Shown: positions 17,941 to 23,749 of the stretch, in pieces
How positions within the stretch are numbered: position 1 is the stretch's first letter
Layout of the letters: each line of letters starts with the position of its first letter
Virus record (IMG/VR): IMGVR_UViG_3300011971_000003
Span: 1 to 38,922 of that record
Source of the DNA: a virus
Taxonomy: Duplodnaviria > Caudoviricetes
DNA: 38,922 nucleotides
Strand: one strand, 5' to 3'
Translations under genes and position numbers: made by a program
Notes under the pieces: model-generated
The model's database searches: none
Told to the model about the DNA's origin: nothing
Seen by the model: only the letters and a program-made list of their open reading frames with translations

Positions 17941-18017
17941 CCATAAGTATAACAAAAATAATCTCTCTCGTCTAGCATTGCTATCGTCAAAAATGTTAGA
18001 AAGAGGGATTTATTTTT

Positions 18018-18503
18018 ATGGACATACTAAAAGTTGTTGGTATTGATTCAATGGGATATGGAAAGATCCCAAAGATGGTTATGCAGGACCGAAGGTTAAC
18101 ACCAGAAGCTAAGTGCATTTACTCTTATTTTGCTAGTTATGCCGGATCTGGTAACAGCGCTTTCCCCAGTGTTGTTAAGATACTCTATGATCTTTGTATG
18201 GGACGCGCTCGTTACTATAAGCACTTTACATTACTGATCGACTACGGATACATAGAAGTAGAACAAGCCAAAGAGTCGGGAAAGTTCAGCCATAACGTCT
18301 ATATACTAAACTGCCAAATATCAGACAAAAAACCGTGTACCCAAAATCGGACTACGGTAAATGAGACTACGGAAAATCGTACCACTAATACTAACAATCT
18401 TAAAAAGAACAGTATTAATAAAAGAAAATATAAAAAAGAAAAAAAGGCAACAACTTCCGGGGATCCAAGTAAAAAGGGGAAATACGACTCATTCTATTTA
18501 TAA
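18018..18503 (+). CDS. HTH-domain replication initiator (plasmid-type Rep)
   Basis: YGKIPK.VMQD..LTPEAKCIYSY..SYAG....AFPS winged-HTH; intragenic repeats. Confidence 0.75.
   Translation: MDILKVVGIDSMGYGKIPKMVMQDRRLTPEAKCIYSYFASYAGSGNSAFPSVVKILYDLCMGRARYYKHFTLLIDYGYIEVEQAKESGKFSHNVYILNCQISDKKPCTQNRTTVNETTENRTTNTNNLKKNSINKRKYKKEKKATTSGDPSKKGKYDSFYL
18342..18386 (+). repeat. Three 15-bp iteron-like repeats followed by an A-rich tract (putative second origin)
   Basis: CAAAATCGGACTACG GTAAATGAGACTACG GAAAATCGTACCACT. Confidence 0.65.
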
Positions 18504-18516
18504 GGGGTGAATAGCC

Positions 18517-18972
18517 ATGTACGTAACACTCAAAGCATGTGCCGATAAAGCAGGAATAAATATCAGCTCGGCTCGATTTTACAAGGATAAGTTTCTCCAA
18601 TACTTCGCTACATCTGGGGAAGGCCGCAACACAAAGTACGACGAAGAATCAACTGTAGAAATACTAGCATTGATTAGCAAATTATATAAGCAGAACATGG
18701 ACGAAGCGCAGATAATTGAGGAATTAGAGAATAGGTATGGAATACCCACTGTTGGGCATTTGGTCCAACAAGAGAAAGACAACAACTCCGAGACAACACA
18801 ACAAGAGCTTATAAATGCAGTTACAGAGGTATTTAGGGGAGAAATATCTAGGTTGGAGGATAAGATAGATGAGCTTGCACAGGGAAGTAAGTCGAGGGAT
18901 GAGTTGCTTATGGAGACCCTTGTTGCTATTAGGGAGAGGGATAGAAAGAAGAGTTGGAAGTGGTGGAAATAG
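18517..18972 (+). CDS. MerR-type HTH/coiled-coil protein (DUF3967/pSK1 Par/TubY-like), candidate partition protein
   Basis: N-terminal HTH, coiled coil, RDELLME motif, KKSWKWWK tail. Confidence 0.7.
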   Translation: MYVTLKACADKAGINISSARFYKDKFLQYFATSGEGRNTKYDEESTVEILALISKLYKQNMDEAQIIEELENRYGIPTVGHLVQQEKDNNSETTQQELINAVTEVFRGEISRLEDKIDELAQGSKSRDELLMETLVAIRERDRKKSWKWWK

Positions 18973-18997
18973 AAAAGAGAGCCGTTAAGCTCTCTTA
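18973..18997. terminator. Terminator between convergent operons
   Basis: AAGAGAGC-cgttaa-GCTCTCTT. Confidence 0.65.
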
Positions 18998-18998
18998 A

Positions 18999-19163
18999 TT
19001 AATTATCTAACCTTTCATATGCGGTATCAATGAATCCAAATACCCATTCTGTAAATACTTCTTGTATTTCTTCTTCTGTTGTATCATTATCAAATTCAAC
19101 TATTTCCTCACTTGGGTTTACGTTTCCACTTTGTGGACTATAGAAAAATCTATACTTCTTCAC
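18999..19163 (-). CDS. 54-aa acidic protein
   Basis: AAGGAGGT RBS; GTG start; EEIVEFDNDTTEEEIQEVFTEWVF. Confidence 0.7.
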   Translation of the reverse strand: MKKYRFFYSPQSGNVNPSEEIVEFDNDTTEEEIQEVFTEWVFGFIDTAYERLDN

Positions 19164-19340
19164 TTATTCCACCTCCTTAATATCCTCAATAGTAATCCTA
19201 ATCTTTTTAACCTTAAACTCCGACATTAAATCATCCATAGTTTGGTTAGGAAACATACCAATTTGTGCATCTTCTTTTGTTTTAAAGATTCCCAGATCGT
19301 CATAGCTTCCCCCTAAGTAACCCTCTATTACCTTTTTCAC
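19164..19340 (-). CDS. 58-aa hypothetical protein
   Basis: GTG start; MKKVIEGYLGG...KKIRITIEDI. Confidence 0.65.
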   Translation of the reverse strand: MKKVIEGYLGGSYDDLGIFKTKEDAQIGMFPNQTMDDLMSEFKVKKIRITIEDIKEVE

Positions 19341-19528
19341 TATTCCCCATCCTTATATATCCTTGGCTCATATTCAAAACTGCCAATTCCTTCATTAACT
19401 TCTTCTAGCATTAGCAAGCAATCAAGGCTTTTATGGATAAATAATTCTGGCGAATCATCGTTAAACTGAATAATTAAAACTTTATCTCCCTCGAGTATGG
19501 GGATTAAACACCCCTCGCAGTTAATCAC
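19340..19528 (-). CDS. CxxC protein ending YEPRIYKDGE
   Basis: ORF track; shared 3' repeat. Confidence 0.7.
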   Translation of the reverse strand: MINCEGCLIPILEGDKVLIIQFNDDSPELFIHKSLDCLLMLEEVNEGIGSFEYEPRIYKDGE

Positions 19529-19546
19529 TTGTTCATCTTCTCCTAT

Positions 19547-19762
19547 CTATTCAACTACTTTTAGTTCGTCTTTCATTTCGGAAAAGTTAAAGTAATCCTT
19601 TACGTGCCCTATTGTGTAAATTCTTCCGCAGTTATAACAGTTTAGAGATATAGGCCATCCATACCCGGAACCCTCCCCTTTTGCTGTATCCCAATCGCAT
19701 CCAGTAAAACCAACGGTTAGCTTTAGGCTTGAGTTGCATGAGGGACATTTTAGTTTATCCAT
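19547..19762 (-). CDS. Zn-ribbon hypothetical protein
   Basis: CPSC...CYNC. Confidence 0.7.
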   Translation of the reverse strand: MDKLKCPSCNSSLKLTVGFTGCDWDTAKGEGSGYGWPISLNCYNCGRIYTIGHVKDYFNFSEMKDELKVVE

Positions 19763-19768
19763 TAGCTA

Positions 19769-20011
19769 TTACCCCCATGACATAATTACTGTACCATCCG
19801 GAAGAAATGGTTTACCACGTAATAAATACGTTACTTTTTTACTGAGTTCGTGACCTGTGTAAATCTTATTGATAGGATCAAATCTTTGGAGAGTTAGCGT
19901 ATCTCCAACCGAAAACACTCGATCGTCTTCCTTCCTAAACTCGAATGTCTTCTCACCAGAATCCACAGCGTCATAAAATTCAGGCCATGTTTTTAAAAAA
20001 TGTTCGGTCAT
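19769..20011 (-). CDS. DUF3850/ASCH-like protein (intact copy)
   Basis: MTEHFLKTWPEFYDAVDSGEKTFEFR...VGDTL. Confidence 0.85.
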   Translation of the reverse strand: MTEHFLKTWPEFYDAVDSGEKTFEFRKEDDRVFSVGDTLTLQRFDPINKIYTGHELSKKVTYLLRGKPFLPDGTVIMSWG

Positions 20012-20015
20012 CTTC

Positions 20016-20393
20016 TTATTCCCCCTCCTTATATATCCTTGGCTCATATGGATAGCTGGATAAAACGGCGCAATCATGGCAGACAATGTTATTATCTAGT
20101 GGGACGAAATAGACTATCTGCACGCCTTCTTCAAATGGATCGAATGGATCTCCGCATACCCGGCAATGGGTGGAGTAGATGCGCTTTAGGGTTATGGTGT
20201 CAGATTTTTCGCGTTCATTATCCAAGTCCTTGTATTTGGCGTACGTAGCATTTCTGTACCTAATATATAATTCATCATCTTCTGTCATTTCCTTGTTGCA
20301 ATCGTTTTCGCATGTAATTTTCTTAGATTTCCTAGCCATTAGCTCTTCTTTAGTAATCCCGTTATACTCATTTGTAAATTCATAGCTCATCAT
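20016..20393 (-). CDS. CxxC protein ending YEPRIYKEGE
   Basis: ORF track; shared 3' repeat. Confidence 0.7.
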   Translation of the reverse strand: MMSYEFTNEYNGITKEELMARKSKKITCENDCNKEMTEDDELYIRYRNATYAKYKDLDNEREKSDTITLKRIYSTHCRVCGDPFDPFEEGVQIVYFVPLDNNIVCHDCAVLSSYPYEPRIYKEGE

Positions 20394-20557
20394 TTCTCCC
20401 CCTCCTTCTGTATCCTTGGTTCATAGAATTCGTTCTCTTCATTATAAAAAGAGCAGCCATTACAATTTCCTGGTATCGAACAAGAAGAGCACATAATTTG
20501 TTGTAGTCGTCTTGCAAATCTCGGATCTTTCTTTTTTGATGGAACAGTATCGCTCAT
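20390..20557 (-). CDS. 55-aa CxxC protein ending YEPRIQKEGEK
   Basis: AAGGAGGT RBS; ATGA coupling at both ends. Confidence 0.65.
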   Translation of the reverse strand: MSDTVPSKKKDPRFARRLQQIMCSSCSIPGNCNGCSFYNEENEFYEPRIQKEGEK

Positions 20558-20712
20558 CTATCCACCTCCTTTTGTATCTCCCTTAAAGCTAATGATCTCA
20601 AAAATGTACTAGCTGGCATACCGCGTTTTCTTGCAAACTCTTTTATTATTGCTTCTTCTTTTTTGTCTAGGAAATAGACTTTGATGTGCGAGCGATAGGT
20701 TTTTTCTACCAT
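20554..20712 (-). CDS. 52-aa ribbon-helix-helix regulator
   Basis: HIKVYF...EEAIIKEFARKRGMPASTFLRSLAL. Confidence 0.7.
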   Translation of the reverse strand: MVEKTYRSHIKVYFLDKKEEAIIKEFARKRGMPASTFLRSLALREIQKEVDR

Positions 20713-21101
20713 CTCACGCGCTCGCTAAGTTTTTCAAAACTAACTGACTCGGAGTAATAACCGTTCGACTCCCCAAACCAACGAATAGTAACGTAACCTT
20801 TTATTGTTGAGAATTTGTAGAATGTCCAGGTAAAACTGTCGTAAACATTCGGTTCGCTACCGTCAAGTTTCTTATCGCTTGTTGCTTCGTCGGACATTAA
20901 TATAGGACTTCCGATAAGATCATCAATATTACCGCATATGTCTTCAATAGTAACGGACTCGCAGCAATCTTGGTCGTGTGACATTACATACTTCTCTCCG
21001 TCTTGGCAGGTGAATACTATTTCATCCTGTTCGCGATTAACATCTACGCTTGATAATATTTTACCTAGAAGTTCGGATACGCTTCGTTCCATTAATACCA
21101 C
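20706..21101 (-). CDS. Conserved phage hypothetical protein
   Basis: HDQDCCESVTIEDI.G...TWTFYK..T.KG.VTIRW.GESNGYYSE. Confidence 0.85.
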   Translation of the reverse strand: MVLMERSVSELLGKILSSVDVNREQDEIVFTCQDGEKYVMSHDQDCCESVTIEDICGNIDDLIGSPILMSDEATSDKKLDGSEPNVYDSFTWTFYKFSTIKGYVTIRWFGESNGYYSESVSFEKLSERVRW

Positions 21102-21124
21102 TCCTTAAATATGTTGCTATCTAT

Positions 21125-21153
21125 ATTATAGTACCTTTATGGTACTAAGTCAA
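21125..21153 (-). promoter_or_regulatory. SigA promoter with palindromic operator
   Basis: TTGACT-N17-TATAAT; TAGTACC-N5-GGTACTA at 21129-21147. Confidence 0.75.
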
Positions 21154-21204
21154 GTATTAAGGGATAACCATTCTCATATACTCCACTAGAAAAGAGGTGA
21201 GTAT

Positions 21205-21324
21205 ATGACATTAGCTTGGATAATAATAGCGATCCCCTTCATCTTTATTTTGAACGGCGCAGAACCAACAGAAATTAGAGCAGAGAGAAATAGTAAATCG
21301 AAAAAACTTCGTCGGCATGTATAG
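21205..21324 (+). CDS. 39-aa membrane peptide
   Basis: GAGGTG RBS; MTLAWIIIAIPFIFILNG...KSKKLRRHV. Confidence 0.55.
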   Translation: MTLAWIIIAIPFIFILNGAEPTEIRAERNSKSKKLRRHV

Positions 21325-21481
21325 AACAATAGAGTTGTGGACAAACTGGATCATACGGATAACCTCTCCCCCACTCTTGTGAAAAAGTTAATTTATCCCC
21401 TCTCTTGGATATGTTGGGAGGGAGAACGTGAAGAGGGGAGGGGAAGCTGGGGTTAAAATCCGAACGATAGAGAAGGTCAAA

Positions 21482-21516
21482 TAAAAAAGGGAGACAGCAA
21501 TTAAGCAATCTCCCTT
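21482..21516 (-). terminator. Intrinsic terminator
   Basis: AAGGGAGA...TCTCCCTT then TTTT. Confidence 0.75.
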
Positions 21517-21519
21517 CGG

Positions 21520-21641
21520 TGAGTAGATAGATGGGATTTGAACCCATGCGCCTGTTTTTCTCCAGTATCTAAACTGTCATTTGGTAATCCATCCAGGCTG
21601 TATTTAGTCTCAAGCTTGTGGCCACTCGCTCACTATCTACC
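21520..21641 (-). ncRNA. ~122-nt tRNA-like RNA with no valid anticodon arm
   Basis: GTAGATAG/CTATCTAC acceptor-like stem, D-like AGC-GAGTGG..-GCT, canonical ATGGG-TTCAAAT-CCCAT; TGnTATAAT at 21656-21648. Confidence 0.65.
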
Positions 21642-21673
21642 ACCTATATTATACCATGTTTTGAGCTAATTAG

Positions 21674-21871
21674 CTAGAAATTCGACTTGTCAGTTGGATT
21701 ATTTAAAAGCCCAACCAAAACAGCTATCTGCAAAATTCCTGCAACTACGTCCCCGACCACACCTGTGTCAATGCCATACTTGGCCCATATGCCAGTAAGT
21801 TGACCAATTGAGATTACCTGAGCGACAACAGAACTCCAAAAGACAGGTGATTTCCAACGTGATTGATTCAT
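21674..21871 (-). CDS. Holin
   Basis: QSRWKSPVFW...GLLNNPT; two TM segments. Confidence 0.85.
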   Translation of the reverse strand: MNQSRWKSPVFWSSVVAQVISIGQLTGIWAKYGIDTGVVGDVVAGILQIAVLVGLLNNPTDKSNF

Positions 21872-21887
21872 TCAGATCATCCTTTCA

Positions 21888-22034
21888 TTAGTACCAAGTT
21901 TGTGTTCCTAGAGTACAATTGCAAAAACCTGAGGCAAATTTATTGACCATTGGATTATTAGGACATTTTATGCAAGGACTTTCCGTACACCATGCCTTAG
22001 CTGTTGCTATTTCCCATGCTGGTATTTTAATCAT
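21888..22034 (-). CDS. 48-aa Cys-rich protein in the lysis cassette
   Basis: AAGGA RBS; MIKIPAWE...CIKCPNNP...GFCNCTLG. Confidence 0.55.
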   Translation of the reverse strand: MIKIPAWEIATAKAWCTESPCIKCPNNPMVNKFASGFCNCTLGTQTWY

Positions 22035-22052
22035 AGTTAGATCATTCCTTTC

Positions 22053-22688
22053 TTATGCGAGTTCTAATTTTTGGCAAGCAAATCCAAGTTTACGGATATC
22101 GGCTATGGCTTGATCTGCTAAATTATCAAGAACCCTCACGCTGAGATAAATATCGTTTGGGGCAATAGGTCCTTTTACTGGCCTAATTTCTTCTGACACA
22201 CTTACCACTCCTTTTAAATCATTAAATAATCTATTCCACGGGAAATTAGGGCCAGGGCAATTGGGACGGTCAACAGAGTCAATTCTGTAATGTCCTATAA
22301 TATGTTCATCGTCAATAGGGATATTGTATTTATTAGTCAACTCTCTATGGAGAAATAGAGTTGCTTGGTATTGTTCCTCAGTTAGACTTCCGTCATATCC
22401 TTCATGCTCGATTCCAATAGTGTAACGATTAGGATTAGTGCCATCATATAAGCTCCAATGAGGATTATTCACGACACCTACATCATAAGCAGCATTTCCT
22501 TCCTTAACGAGCTGAATGATCCTTCCTGACCTTGTGATAAGATAGTGAGCAGATGCCTTAGACACTGGGTTCTGTAGCCATTCAAGGCATCCTGGGAAGT
22601 CTCCTGATGTTATGTGATCTACGATGGCTATTATGCTTCTTCCATTTCTACTCCCGAAGTTGGGGGATGGCGACCATTCTTCTAGCAT
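22053..22688 (-). CDS. Endolysin, N-acetylmuramoyl-L-alanine amidase (Amidase_2)
   Basis: IVDHIT, SAHY, IGIEHE, IIGH, CPG motifs. Confidence 0.92.
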   Translation of the reverse strand: MLEEWSPSPNFGSRNGRSIIAIVDHITSGDFPGCLEWLQNPVSKASAHYLITRSGRIIQLVKEGNAAYDVGVVNNPHWSLYDGTNPNRYTIGIEHEGYDGSLTEEQYQATLFLHRELTNKYNIPIDDEHIIGHYRIDSVDRPNCPGPNFPWNRLFNDLKGVVSVSEEIRPVKGPIAPNDIYLSVRVLDNLADQAIADIRKLGFACQKLELA

Positions 22689-22922
22689 CTATCTCACCCC
22701 CACTGTTAATATGAACACTGTCAGACCTGTTGAAACAGTAAGTAGGCCGGATAGTATTAAGACAATTGCCCAACTAGGTCTTCCTTTAATTGCCTCATCC
22801 AGCTTGTTTTCTATTCGTCCGAACTTGGTTTCAATGCTGATTTCCATTGCATCGACTCTATTTCTCAGGGAGCAGACCTGCTCGTTTAAAACTGCTACTG
22901 CTGTTACTTGATCTTCACTCAA
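22689..22922 (-). CDS. Coiled-coil plus C-terminal TM protein (holin/XhlA-like)
   Basis: GAGGTG RBS and TTG start; directly upstream of the endolysin. Confidence 0.65.
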   Translation of the reverse strand: MSEDQVTAVAVLNEQVCSLRNRVDAMEISIETKFGRIENKLDEAIKGRPSWAIVLILSGLLTVSTGLTVFILTVGVR

Positions 22923-22947
22923 TAAAAGCACCTCTTTCATTTTTGTC

Positions 22948-23090
22948 AAAAGAAAAGACACTCGATTGCTCGAATGTCTGTGGTGCTGCGTTGCACCCTA
23001 GTCAAGGGTTTTGTCCAATATGACTAAGGGGAACCGGGACAAACGGTTTTGTCGCAAAGTAGCTTACACCTTGCCAATCCCCTTAGTAAC
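22948..23090 (-). ncRNA. Structured leader/sRNA ending in a terminator upstream of the lysis genes
   Basis: Several stems, mutually exclusive pairings, terminator AGACATTCGA/TCGAGTGTCT then TTTCTTTT. Confidence 0.5.
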
Positions 23091-23174
23091 TTAAATAATA
23101 ACATAAATGTAATATCTTCCACAATGCCAGTAAAATATTGTATAATAATAATAAAAATACGAGGGGGAAAAGAA

Positions 23175-23555
23175 ATGAGATTTATTAAAGCAGTAATTCT
23201 AGCCATGACACTAACTTTAGTCTTTGTAATGCCCGCAATGGCTGACGAGACAACCGATGCCGCTGTCGTGGCACAGGAGATTGCAACCGTGAGGTCAATG
23301 GAAGTATTCGGCATGATCACACTTGACGCGAGGATATTTGACCTGACCACTGAGTTACAGATTCATAAGTTAAAAGCAGAGCCAAATTCAACGTTCGTTA
23401 CTGCGGCTCAGGGGTTAATGCTACCAATGAGTGATATGTCTAAGTTGTCCTTGGATGGAAGAAAGTTCAATTGTATAGCCCTCTTGTCGATGTATGGGTT
23501 TACAAGTGATGATGAGGCGATATCACAGTTGCAAGAACTAAGATTAGCACAGTAA
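23175..23555 (+). CDS. Secreted protein (moron)
   Basis: GAGGGGG RBS; signal peptide MRFIKAVILAM...PAMA. Confidence 0.75.
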   Translation: MRFIKAVILAMTLTLVFVMPAMADETTDAAVVAQEIATVRSMEVFGMITLDARIFDLTTELQIHKLKAEPNSTFVTAAQGLMLPMSDMSKLSLDGRKFNCIALLSMYGFTSDDEAISQLQELRLAQ

Positions 23556-23559
23556 ACAT

Positions 23560-23742
23560 ATGGATAAGAGAAAAAGAGAAGCACTTGGAACAGGGATATT
23601 TATAATGGCTGTCCTATTTGGAGATATATTCGGAGGGTATACGTTTAAATGGATATGGATAATAGGCATCGGGGTATTATTCTTATTTTTCGCCATCGTT
23701 CCAGATAACAACAGCCCAATAAGGTTCATAGAGAGGGATTAA
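23560..23742 (+). CDS. Two-TM small membrane protein (moron)
   Basis: Hydrophobic 60 aa; follows the secreted protein gene. Confidence 0.65.
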   Translation: MDKRKREALGTGIFIMAVLFGDIFGGYTFKWIWIIGIGVLFLFFAIVPDNNSPIRFIERD

Positions 23743-23749
23743 ACCCTCT

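Noticed and set aside
19341-20425. CRISPR array
   Set aside because: Repeats are hundreds of bases apart, lie within coding ends, and no cas genes are present
21275-21547. 90-aa minus-strand ORF
   Set aside because: Starts within the T-arm of the ncRNA and crosses its terminator
21520-21641. Functional tRNA-Sec/Pyl or ochre suppressor explaining in-frame TAA codons
   Set aside because: No proper anticodon stem-loop or CCA; many ordinary genes here end in TAA, TAG and TGA, so no recoding is supported
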